The notes under the pieces were generated by a model. It did no database searches, was not told the DNA's origin, and was given only the letters and a program-made list of their open reading frames with translations. The position numbers and the translations under genes are program-made. A DNA stretch of 64,000 bases from Gammaproteobacteria bacterium (GTDB lineage: Bacteria > Pseudomonadota > Gammaproteobacteria > CBDBNL01 > JAAOII01): positions 1,664,001 to 1,728,000 of the forward strand of contig OZ242372.1 in assembly GCA_965209035.1 (NCBI GenBank), given 5' to 3'. Shown here one piece after another: positions 50,670 to 60,200 of this stretch (the stretch's first letter is position 1; the number at the start of each line of letters is the position of its first letter).

Positions 50670-53540
50670 ATGATGAAAATAAAAACGATGATAAAAACGA
50701 TGATCGCCCGTTGGACAAGTTATCTCAATCAAAAGAAGTTAGTTGCTTCTTTTACTCACAAGTTCCTTGCGTTTGCTATTCTCTTTATAGCAATTAGCCT
50801 CACCGCCTGTGCCGGTGGCGGCGGCGGCGGTCCGGATCCGGTTTCCCGTGATTACCGTGTTGTAGGTCTTACGGCTGTGCCGGCAAGCAATACCTTAAAT
50901 GTTGGCTGGACCAATCCCGATGAAGAGGATATCGTCGGGTTTGTTATTACCCTGACCGACCTTACCGACTTGCGTGCCCCCGTTATAAAAATTTCAATCT
51001 CAACAGAGAGCGAACAGGTAGACTTCGGCCCCCGTGGCAGTGTGAGTTTGACTACCGCCGATTTCGAAAATGGCAACTTGGAAAATGAACATCAATATAG
51101 GGTCAGTGTGGTAATTCTTTACAGGGGCGATAGTGGTGACAGAGGGCCTCCTGCGGCCCCTGTGGAGAGATTTGTGGGGCCGAACATGGACGGTGACACC
51201 GTGCCGGACTTTTTGGATGATTTTGCCGATGATCCTTGTGCGACCACTGATACGGATGGCGACGGAGATCCTGACACTCTGGTTCCCGGCTGTGATACTA
51301 CCTTGACGAAAGATCTTGACAGTGACGGTGACGGTGTGGAAGATCTAACGGATTCTTGTCCGTTGGTCCCAAATCCGGGTGCCGGGCAGGATGCGGATGG
51401 GGATGCGGATGGGATACCGGATGCCTGTGATCTGGACATAGATGGTGACGGCCTACCGGATATTAGAGATGCCATCCCGCTCCGCGATTGCGGGCGTTTT
51501 GATTTGGATACGGATGGGGACGGTTTTCCCGATAAGAAAGCCGATGCCGAGCGGGAGGGCCTAGATGACATTTGTGCTGCAATACTTCAAATGATTTCCG
51601 AGGATCGGGATGATGATGGCGATGGCCTCATAGAAATTTTTTACCTTGACGAACTGGTCACCCTGAGTTATGATCGCAACGGAGACGGTGAGGATGATGA
51701 TGGTCTCGCAAGAACCGTAGGAGATACCGGCTGTCCCTTGTCGAGTTGCACCGGCTATGAGTTAACCGGAGACTTAGATTTTGAAAACTCGGATCACTAT
51801 AAAGATCCAACCAAGATGGATGAGTGGACCAACGGTTCCGGTTGGGTTCCGATTGGTTGCACCGGAGAACCGGTTGTCTGTGAACCTTACTACAGCACAT
51901 TGGACGGCGGCGGCTATGAGATTGCCAATCTGTTCATTAATATCGTTACTGTAGTTAATATTACTGTGACCCCTGTTGAAGAAGTCAGGATGATAGATAC
52001 TGTGATGGAAGTTGAAATGTTGAATGCCACTACTAATATGACATTTTTTGTCAATCAGACTTTCGTTACCAATATCAATGTTACTGTCAATCGGACATCT
52101 ACTGTTTTCACGGAAAAAGAAAGAATTCCATATCTGGGTCTTTTTGGATATGTCACAGATTATGGCATCCCTGGCCGCGGTGCGGCAATCAGGAATCTCA
52201 CACTGGCCGATGCCAACATTAAGGGCACGGGGGCCAGTCAAGCGCTTGGTGCTCTCTCCGGCAAGGGGGTTTTTGCCAGTGTTAGTAATGTTCGAGCAGA
52301 GAATGTTACGATTAGTTCTACCGGGAGGCGGGTCGGCGGTTTAGTTGGCGACTGTGGCCGTTGTAAAATTGCTGATTCTTATGTAACCGGCAGCAAGGTT
52401 AAAGGTGATCTTTGGGTAGGCGGCCTGGGCGGATGGATTGTTTATTCGCGTGTATATAATTCCTATGCGGAAGTGGAAGTCGCCGGTAGTGGTGCTGTCG
52501 GCGGATTAATCGGCGACGCAACTTCCAGCCATGTCAGACATTCGTATGCAACAGGGAATGTAAAAGGTTCGAATTCCATAGGCGGGCTTGTGGGCAGAAT
52601 GGGGATAGGCAGTTCGGTCGAAAGAGGAAAGATTACATCTTCTTATGCTTCCGGTAATGTGACCGGTTACAATTTGAATACTGGCGGGTTGGTCGGCTAC
52701 ACGGACGGTGCCACTATCAGCGGCTCCTATGTGGACGGCGGCCGTGTCAGGGGATATGCTATTGTCGGCGGTCTGATAGGGGTGGCACGCGGCAAGGTTG
52801 CCGACACGATTGTCCGTGCCTCTTATGCTCGCAATCAAGAAGTTAGAGCCACTACGACTACACGTCATGGCTGGGTTCTTAACATTAATATTGGCTCATT
52901 GTATCTGGGTGGTCTGTCAATTAGTGCATATCACGGTGGGCTTATCGGGTTAGCCGAAGATGTTCACATCCGTCATTCTTATGCGGCACCCGATCAGTTT
53001 ACTTCCGAACCGGATGCGGTGAGGGGTGGTCTGGTAGGAGCCGGTGCTTGGCGGAAGGGGCCAGGCAGAGACAATGATTTGAGGTATGGGTTGGTTCGTT
53101 CTGATACTATTGGGACGGGATCCACAAAAAGAAGCTACAATACTTATTTAACCACAGACTTGCCCCCAGGTACAGATTATTCCGAGTACATCACTGATTC
53201 TTATTGGGATAGAGAAATCACCGGTGTGAATCTTTGGAATGTTCCACCTAGCGTTCATGGTGCATCTAGATCGGATCCTCCGGCAAACTCCTACGCCGGT
53301 GTAGGTGAACCCCAATCAACGAGCACACTGAAGGAGGGACAAGTAGGAACGGGGGGCGACGTTTACGAATTCTGGGACAACTATTGGTGTAACCCGAATA
53401 CGGGTGAATTTCTGACCGAAGCCCCGGATTCTTCCGTGGCGAATTTCGAGGACTATGTGCCGGCATGGGATACGAGCGATACAGGCAGTTATCCCCTCCT
53501 CAACTGCCCGCCGGAAGGGATTGAACAGCAGAGACCTTAA
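50670..53540 (+). CDS. 956-aa lipoprotein paralog: FN3-like, TSP3-like repeats, one GLUG module
   Basis: Lipobox LTA-C followed by a Gly6 linker; same motif series as the giant protein. Confidence 0.85.
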   Translation: MMKIKTMIKTMIARWTSYLNQKKLVASFTHKFLAFAILFIAISLTACAGGGGGGPDPVSRDYRVVGLTAVPASNTLNVGWTNPDEEDIVGFVITLTDLTDLRAPVIKISISTESEQVDFGPRGSVSLTTADFENGNLENEHQYRVSVVILYRGDSGDRGPPAAPVERFVGPNMDGDTVPDFLDDFADDPCATTDTDGDGDPDTLVPGCDTTLTKDLDSDGDGVEDLTDSCPLVPNPGAGQDADGDADGIPDACDLDIDGDGLPDIRDAIPLRDCGRFDLDTDGDGFPDKKADAEREGLDDICAAILQMISEDRDDDGDGLIEIFYLDELVTLSYDRNGDGEDDDGLARTVGDTGCPLSSCTGYELTGDLDFENSDHYKDPTKMDEWTNGSGWVPIGCTGEPVVCEPYYSTLDGGGYEIANLFINIVTVVNITVTPVEEVRMIDTVMEVEMLNATTNMTFFVNQTFVTNINVTVNRTSTVFTEKERIPYLGLFGYVTDYGIPGRGAAIRNLTLADANIKGTGASQALGALSGKGVFASVSNVRAENVTISSTGRRVGGLVGDCGRCKIADSYVTGSKVKGDLWVGGLGGWIVYSRVYNSYAEVEVAGSGAVGGLIGDATSSHVRHSYATGNVKGSNSIGGLVGRMGIGSSVERGKITSSYASGNVTGYNLNTGGLVGYTDGATISGSYVDGGRVRGYAIVGGLIGVARGKVADTIVRASYARNQEVRATTTTRHGWVLNINIGSLYLGGLSISAYHGGLIGLAEDVHIRHSYAAPDQFTSEPDAVRGGLVGAGAWRKGPGRDNDLRYGLVRSDTIGTGSTKRSYNTYLTTDLPPGTDYSEYITDSYWDREITGVNLWNVPPSVHGASRSDPPANSYAGVGEPQSTSTLKEGQVGTGGDVYEFWDNYWCNPNTGEFLTEAPDSSVANFEDYVPAWDTSDTGSYPLLNCPPEGIEQQRP

Positions 53541-53762
53541 TCCTCTTTAATCCGAGTTCTCTTACAAAGAACTCTAACTCGGGCGGACAAAGAAGATTAA
53601 AAGAACAGACTGCGTAGCGAATCAATTACGCGGTTTTAAGTGGCATTTATTCATTTGTGAATTCAAAAAATGAATCGGGGCTAGCAAAGCAATAGAAAAA
53701 CCAAGAGCCGGAAGCACACAGCCGACCATGCATGTATGCGCAGCCGGCTCGCGATTAGAAAC

Positions 53763-54050
53763 TCAATCGGTCAGCCAAAAAAGTGCCACAGCCGCTGTCC
53801 ATGAAAAGTTCGGTCCGCCGCAAGCGGTTCCGTGCACAGGATCGTAATATTCGGCAAAACCCTTTTCGTTGGTGAGGCGGATACAGGCGGTTCGTAAGTT
53901 GCCGGCTGGTTCTTCATCACCGTATTTTTTTAGCCCTTCGGCAATCATCCAATTGATGTGTAGCCGGGTAGGTCCTCGCCAGTATCGTTCGCTCTCAAAA
54001 TAGGGTGCGGTTGGGTCGCTACCGGGAATACCATGCGATCTAAAAGTTCC
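53763..54050 (-). pseudogene. C-terminal fragment of a GH63/MGH1-like glycoside hydrolase
   Basis: Manual translation P.F...RYWRGP...INWMIAEGL..YG...F.EYYDP..G...GG..FSWTAA; in-frame TGA just upstream and no N-terminal domain. Confidence 0.75.
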
Positions 54051-54376
54051 TCAAACAAGAAATAGGAGCTGTCCGGGTTCCGGCCAATCGCGAGGGGTCG
54101 GGAAGATCAAACGGATCAAGTGGATCGAGGCAGATAGAGGCAGCGATGAAAATATGAACGGGCGGACGCGTCAATTTTTACCGCGTTGAATCCGTTCCGT
54201 ATAAAATAAAAGAATGATTTTGGATATTTTGCGAGCATGGAAGACTATCGGGTTTGTGCTTTTCCATTCGGCCCCGGACGGGAAGAACAGCCGCTGGCGA
54301 AGTGTTGCTCCTCAACCGGGAAGACCGTGCCCAATCATTTTTTCGGCGAGTTAAGAGTTGTTGTTATTTTATTAAT

Positions 54377-55897
54377 ATGAAGACGAGAGAAGTGCATGCC
54401 GACCTGGTCGTCATAGGCTCCGGCGTAGGCGGGGCGACTTTGGCATATGGGGTTGCCGCCAAGAATACGAATCCTAAAATCCTTATATTGGAACGGGGCG
54501 ACTACTTGCAAGATAGCCCGGAGTGCGCGGATGCGCGTGCCATTTTTCGGCGCGGATATTTTCGTAACAGCGAGGACTGGTATGACACGGACGGCAAACC
54601 ATTTAATGCGGGCAACTACTATTATGTCGGCGGTAATTCAAAGTTCTACGGTGCGGTGATGCTCAGATACAGAAAACAAGACTTTGGCGGTATTTCTTAT
54701 CCGGACGGCGACACACGCGCCTGGCCCTTTGGTTATGACGAATTGGAATCTTATTACGCGCATGCCGAGCAACTATTTTCGGTGCGCGGCACCTCGGGTG
54801 CGGATCCGACGGATCCGCCGCGTTCCGGACCTTACGACTTGCCGCCCGTGCCGGATGAAGCGGACATCGCAAGAGTTCGCGCCGAGTTGAAAGAACTGGG
54901 CTTGCATCCTTTTTCCTTGCCGCTGGCCGTGGATATTGACGAATGGTTGAAAGATCAACAAACTCCTTGGGATGCCTTCCCCAATACCGGTGATGGCAAA
55001 ACGGACGCACAGAACGGACCTCTGAAACGCGCTCTGGCATACGAGAACACGCAACTCATCACCCAAACCACCGTGCGCCGTCTGCTGACGGACAAGGGCG
55101 GTAAGAAAGTGGTCGCCGCCGAGTGTGTTAGCAAGGGCGAAGACCTGCGCGTTGTGGCAAACACTTTTGTGCTGTCCGCGGGTGCGGTTCAATCGGCATC
55201 TTTGTTGCTGGGCTCGGCGGACGCAAAAAATCCCCGCGGACTGGCGAATCACTCCGATGCGGTCGGCAGATATTTTATGAACCACAACACAGGCGCGTTG
55301 CTTGCCATAGACCCGCGGCGGCGGAATCGGGCGGTGTATCAAAAAACTGTCGGCTTTAATGACTTTTATCTTGATGACGGCAAGGGCGGACACCCGCTTG
55401 GCAATGTCCAGTTGTTGGGTAAAATCACACCGCCGATTCTTAAGACCGCTCTCCCATATGTGCCGGAATCTGTCCTGCGTTTGATAACAAATTACTCGGT
55501 GGATTGGTATTTGATGAGCGAGGATCTGCCACACCCGGACAGTCGGGTGCGTCTTGACGGTAATCGTATCGTCTTGGAATGGAAAAGAAGCAATATGCAA
55601 GTATATCGTCGGCTGGAAGATCAAGTGCGTGCGGTGATGCGTGCGGCCGGCTATCCGCTTGTGTTAACCCGAAAGTTTGATCGCAAGGTGCCGTCGCACC
55701 AATGCGGGACAGTGCGTTTTGGCAAGGACCCAAGGCAAGACCCTCTGGATCATTTGTGTCGCAGTTTTGATCACCCGAACTTGTATGTTGTTGATGCGAG
55801 TTTTCTGCCGACTTCGGCGGCGGTCAACCCCGCTCTCACAATCGCGGCTCAGGCTCTGCGTGTCGGCGAGCATCTTGCGCGCGAGTTGCGATCATGA
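54377..55897 (+). CDS. GMC-family FAD oxidoreductase (sugar dehydrogenase type)
   Basis: VIGSGVGG, VGGNSKFYGA, SHQCGT.RFG, D.SF.PTSAAVNPALT. Confidence 0.9.
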   Translation: MKTREVHADLVVIGSGVGGATLAYGVAAKNTNPKILILERGDYLQDSPECADARAIFRRGYFRNSEDWYDTDGKPFNAGNYYYVGGNSKFYGAVMLRYRKQDFGGISYPDGDTRAWPFGYDELESYYAHAEQLFSVRGTSGADPTDPPRSGPYDLPPVPDEADIARVRAELKELGLHPFSLPLAVDIDEWLKDQQTPWDAFPNTGDGKTDAQNGPLKRALAYENTQLITQTTVRRLLTDKGGKKVVAAECVSKGEDLRVVANTFVLSAGAVQSASLLLGSADAKNPRGLANHSDAVGRYFMNHNTGALLAIDPRRRNRAVYQKTVGFNDFYLDDGKGGHPLGNVQLLGKITPPILKTALPYVPESVLRLITNYSVDWYLMSEDLPHPDSRVRLDGNRIVLEWKRSNMQVYRRLEDQVRAVMRAAGYPLVLTRKFDRKVPSHQCGTVRFGKDPRQDPLDHLCRSFDHPNLYVVDASFLPTSAAVNPALTIAAQALRVGEHLARELRS

Positions 55898-56694
55898 ATC
55901 CGCCTGTCGCACTGATCACCGGCGGTTGTCGCGGCATAGGACTTGGCATTGCCCGTTCATTGGCGAGTGCCGGTTTTGATTTGGCTTTGACGGGATTGCG
56001 CGCCGAGGAAAGTGTCAAACCCTTGCCAGCGGACTTGGAAAAAAAAGCCAAAGAAGTTAAAGAAAAAGGCGGGAAAGGTAAATGCCGGCTGCGGTATTTT
56101 CAAAACGACCTTGCCGACATCCGCGGTCACGCCGAATTGCTTGTAAAAATAGAAAAAGAGTTGGGGCCCGTTTGCACCCTGATTCTTAATGCCGGCATCG
56201 CTCAGCCGGTGCGCGGCGACCTGTTGGAAATGCGCGCGGCAGACTTTGACACGGTGATGGGCGTCAATCTGCGCGGCAATTTTTTTCTTGCCGCCGCCGT
56301 CGCCAAACAAATGCTTGCCACCCCGGCACCGGGTCATTTTCTGAATATTCAGTTTGTTACTTCGGTTAGCGCCCAACTGGCTTCGCCGGAGCGGGCGGCC
56401 TACTGTATTTCCAAAGCGGCCGCGTCCATGGCGGCATCCTTGTATGCGTTACGCTTGGCACCCCATGGCATAGCCGTATATGAAATTCGCCCGGGCATCA
56501 TCGCCACAGACATGACAGCCGGCGTCAAATCAAAATACGACCATTCCATCGAAGCCGGTTTGGTTCCTGCACGGCGTTGGGGTCAAGCCGAAGATATCGG
56601 CGAGGCGGCCGCCGCGCTGGCCCTTGGCAAGTTTTCTTTCGGCACAGGCTGTATCATCAATCTGGACGGCGGGCTGAGCATTCAAAAGTTATGA
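55894..56694 (+). CDS. Short-chain dehydrogenase/reductase
   Basis: TGGCRGIG, NAG, YCISK, EIRPGII.TDMT. Confidence 0.92.
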   Translation: MNPPVALITGGCRGIGLGIARSLASAGFDLALTGLRAEESVKPLPADLEKKAKEVKEKGGKGKCRLRYFQNDLADIRGHAELLVKIEKELGPVCTLILNAGIAQPVRGDLLEMRAADFDTVMGVNLRGNFFLAAAVAKQMLATPAPGHFLNIQFVTSVSAQLASPERAAYCISKAAASMAASLYALRLAPHGIAVYEIRPGIIATDMTAGVKSKYDHSIEAGLVPARRWGQAEDIGEAAAALALGKFSFGTGCIINLDGGLSIQKL

Positions 56695-56764
56695 AAAATG
56701 CCGTTCCCTTTCGTTTTTTTAATGTCGGCATTACTCGCTGGCTTTGCATAATGATTTGTGAGTT

Positions 56765-58384
56765 ATGAAAAACAATACAAATGATACATACGATTATGTG
56801 ATTCTCGGTGCCGGTGCGGCCGGCTGTGTTCTTGCCAATCGCCTTTCTGTCAATCACCGAGTTCTTCTCGCGGAAGCCGGTGGCAATGACAGTCATCCTT
56901 ACATTCATATGCCGGCCGGCTTCGCCAAACTCACCGGCACAAGCCATTCCTGGGGATACAGCACCAAACCGCAACCGCAAATGAATGATCGCGCGATCTG
57001 GTATCCGCAGGGCAAGGTTTTGGGCGGCGGTACTTCCATTAACGCGCAGGTTTATACGCGCGGCAACCCAAAAGATTATGACGAATGGGCGCGGGACGAA
57101 AAATGCGAAGGCTGGTCTTTTCGCGAGGTTCTGCCTTACTTTAAGCGAAGCGAGGACAACCAGCGATTGTCCGACAGGTATCATGCCCAGGGCGGTCCGC
57201 TTAAGATTTCCGACCCGACACCGCATCCCATGACCTGTGTTTTTGTGCAGGCGGCGCAACAGGCGGGTATTCCCTACAACCATGATTTTAACGGTGAAAC
57301 GCAAGCGGGTATCGGCTATTACCAGTTAACCAACCGTGCCGGTAAACGCAGTTCCACCGCCGTATGCTTTTACCGCCCGGTCAGTCACCGGAACAACCTC
57401 AAACTGCTCCTGAACTGCCTGGCCGTGTCTGTCAATACGGAAGGCGGGCGGGCGCGTTCGGTCAGCTTGCTGCAAGGGCGGCGCAAGATGACCGTATTTG
57501 CCGAACGCGAAATTCTGCTTTGCTGCGGTGCCATAGGCAGTCCGAAACTGTTGATGTTGTCCGGCATCGGCAACGGCGAAGAACTTAAAAAGCACGGCAT
57601 CCCCGTGCGTGTGCATCTGCCGGCCGTGGGAGAAAACCTGCAGGATCATGTGGATCTCTTTTGTATCAGCGAATGCAAGGGGGACTACAGTTTTGACAAG
57701 TATAAGCCGCCGCATATGATGATGCTTGCGGCTTTTCAATTTCTGGTTGCGGGTGCGGGTCCCTTGGCATCCAACCTGTGCGACGGCGGCGGCTTCTGGC
57801 AGGCGGACGAAACCGCCAGATCGCCGGACATTCAGATGCATTTTCTGCCCGGTTCCGGACTGGAGCACGGCTTGGAAAAGATACGCAACGGCGTGACGCT
57901 TAATTCGGCATTTGTCCGCCCCCGTTCGCGCGGTTCTGTCCGGCTGACATCCGCCGATGCGGTTGCCCCGCCTTTGATAGACCCGAACTACTGGGGAGAC
58001 GAATACGATGTTGGCATATCCATCAAGGGGTTTCGTTTGGCGCGCGAAATTATGCGGCAATCCGCATTCCGTCCCTATATAAGAAGAGAAGCCCAGCCGG
58101 GCGATCGTATCACATCCGACAAGGACCTGCGTGCTTATGCGGCCGCAACCGCCAAAACGGATTATCATCCTGTGGGGACCTGTCGTATGGGCGCGCCCGC
58201 GGATGAGCGCAGCGCGGTGACCCCCGACTTAAAAGTCAAGGGGGTGGAGGGCTTGCGAGTCATAGACGCTTCGGTGATGCCTGCCGTCATATCCTCCAAT
58301 ACCAACGCCCCGACTATTATGATTGCCGAAAAGGGCGCGGATCTCGTGCTTGGCAATTCGCCTTTGCCGCCCGCCTCTGCGTAA
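56765..58384 (+). CDS. GMC oxidoreductase (choline/L-sorbose dehydrogenase-like)
   Basis: GAGAAGCVLANRLS, HMPAGFAKLT, GKVLGGGTSIN, YHPVGTCRMG, SSNTNAPTIMIAEK. Confidence 0.9.
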   Translation: MKNNTNDTYDYVILGAGAAGCVLANRLSVNHRVLLAEAGGNDSHPYIHMPAGFAKLTGTSHSWGYSTKPQPQMNDRAIWYPQGKVLGGGTSINAQVYTRGNPKDYDEWARDEKCEGWSFREVLPYFKRSEDNQRLSDRYHAQGGPLKISDPTPHPMTCVFVQAAQQAGIPYNHDFNGETQAGIGYYQLTNRAGKRSSTAVCFYRPVSHRNNLKLLLNCLAVSVNTEGGRARSVSLLQGRRKMTVFAEREILLCCGAIGSPKLLMLSGIGNGEELKKHGIPVRVHLPAVGENLQDHVDLFCISECKGDYSFDKYKPPHMMMLAAFQFLVAGAGPLASNLCDGGGFWQADETARSPDIQMHFLPGSGLEHGLEKIRNGVTLNSAFVRPRSRGSVRLTSADAVAPPLIDPNYWGDEYDVGISIKGFRLAREIMRQSAFRPYIRREAQPGDRITSDKDLRAYAAATAKTDYHPVGTCRMGAPADERSAVTPDLKVKGVEGLRVIDASVMPAVISSNTNAPTIMIAEKGADLVLGNSPLPPASA

Positions 58385-59631
58385 TGTCTCTGTCTATTTC
58401 CCTGCCCCTTTCGCAGCCTCTTTCGCAGCCTCTTTCGCAGCCTCTTTCGCAGCCTCTTTCCCCGGCCTCCCGGCAGCAAGACGCCGCCGAAGTCCGCATG
58501 ACCCAATACACTCTTAAAGGAGAACCCTTGCCGATTCGCCCGCCGACCGTAAAGTTTAATCGTCTTGTGTATGCCGCACCGCACTTAATTATTCGGCCGC
58601 TTGCTACCCGAAGTCCCTCTTACGACAAACTCCTGCCGGATTGGGACGCCACCCTGTCGTTTCGCCGTTATTTGTGGTCTCTCGGGTTTGGCATTGCCGA
58701 GGCTATGGATACTTCTCAAAGAGGGATGGGCTTGAACTGGGAACTCGCAAAAGAATTAATCAGCCGCACGATTAAGGAAGCAAAAGCGGTTAAGTCGCCG
58801 CCGTCTGTGGTTTGCGGTGCGGGGACGGATCATTTGCCCGCCGACACCGAACACAGCAAACAGGATATCATCGCCGCCTACTTGCATCAGACGGACTTTG
58901 TGGAAGATGCCGGCGGCAGCTGTGTCCTGATGGCAAGCCAGGCCCTGGCCCGCACCGCCCGGACCGCGGCGGATTACCGTTTTGTCTATGACGGTGTTCT
59001 CCGCCGAGTTTCCGCGCCCGTCATTTTGCATTGGCTGGGCGAGGTCTTTGATGCCCGATTGAAAAATTATTGGAGTGCCAATACGGATTTGGAACAAGCA
59101 TTGGATAGTGTTACGGAAATTATTGCCGAACATCGCGCCAAGGTGGCGGGCATTAAGATTTCTCTGCTGGACGAAGAACTGGAAGTTCGGCTGCGTTCCC
59201 GCCTGCCGGCGGGGGTGCGCCTTTTTACCGGCGACGACTTTAATTATCCTTCTTTAATTAAAGGAGATGCCACCGGGTATTCCGATGCCCTGTTGGGCGT
59301 TTTTTCCGCCATCGCGCCCGCCGCCTCTTTGGCGTTGGAGGCACTGGCGTCGGCAGAGAAAGAAGAATACGATCGGCTGATGGAATCCACCCTGGATCTG
59401 GCACGGGAACTGTTTGCCACCCCCACGCAATTCTACAAGGCAGGTATTGGTTTTCTCGCATGGCTTAACGGCAACCAAGCGCATTTCATTATGCCCGCGG
59501 GTATCCAAGCCATGCGCAGTATCCGTCATTACGCAAGATTGTTTTGTTATGCGGATCGTGCCGGACTGCTTGCGGCCCCGCCGCTGGCGGTGAAGCGGAT
59601 GCAACATCTGTTGGCATTGCACGGCTGTTAA
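58384..59631 (+). CDS. DUF993 (DHDPS-like TIM barrel) family protein
   Basis: DWDATL.FR..LW..G.GIAEAMDT.QRGMGL.W, GAGTDHL, LHWLG..FD, KISLLD, TGDDFNY; alternative start ATG 58498. Confidence 0.85.
   Translation: MSLSISLPLSQPLSQPLSQPLSQPLSPASRQQDAAEVRMTQYTLKGEPLPIRPPTVKFNRLVYAAPHLIIRPLATRSPSYDKLLPDWDATLSFRRYLWSLGFGIAEAMDTSQRGMGLNWELAKELISRTIKEAKAVKSPPSVVCGAGTDHLPADTEHSKQDIIAAYLHQTDFVEDAGGSCVLMASQALARTARTAADYRFVYDGVLRRVSAPVILHWLGEVFDARLKNYWSANTDLEQALDSVTEIIAEHRAKVAGIKISLLDEELEVRLRSRLPAGVRLFTGDDFNYPSLIKGDATGYSDALLGVFSAIAPAASLALEALASAEKEEYDRLMESTLDLARELFATPTQFYKAGIGFLAWLNGNQAHFIMPAGIQAMRSIRHYARLFCYADRAGLLAAPPLAVKRMQHLLALHGC
58408..58460. repeat. 12-bp tandem repeat CTTTCGCAGCCT x4.4 (LSQP repeats)
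   Basis: Read directly. Confidence 0.95.
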
Positions 59632-60200
59632 CGCCGGGCACTCGAGCAGTCTGTTCAACCGCCGGGCATTTTATTTCGCCCGGTTCTCCTCAACACTCTT
59701 TGAGAAACTTTTGGCGTTGTTTTGGTACTGTTGCGGCGCCCCCGACACCCTTTTGTTGAATATCGGGCCGCATCGCGTCGCACTAAACAGTCATTTTTTC
59801 ATTGTCATATTCCCGGAATTTTTTGATCCTATGAGATAGGATCTGCGCAAAGACAGATCGGTTATTCAGAATCTTACGGAAGTTTTGCTCTCAACGGGCA
59901 AAACTTAAAAAGATATTTTTTACTCTATTTGGTGATATTTGTGTTAAAATTAACATAAGTAAGTTGAAAAACCGCTATGGTAAAAAACACTCTGTTATGG
60001 CATGGCAGCTTTGTTGTGATACTTAAATTGTCATTGTCAATGACCGGTAACTCATTAGGATTATTGGTGGTCTGGCGTCATATCCTTTTAAATCCGCCAC
60101 CCCCTCTTTTTTTAATGATTGGCAAGGCTCCGGAAAACCGATCTTTTGCCGCCTTGACCATCTTGGCCATCTTCGCTATCTGCGATGCGACTTGTTTTTG

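Noticed and set aside
53705-53750. GAGCCGG/CCGGCTC as an intrinsic terminator
   Set aside because: Loop of about 32 nt and no clear U-tract
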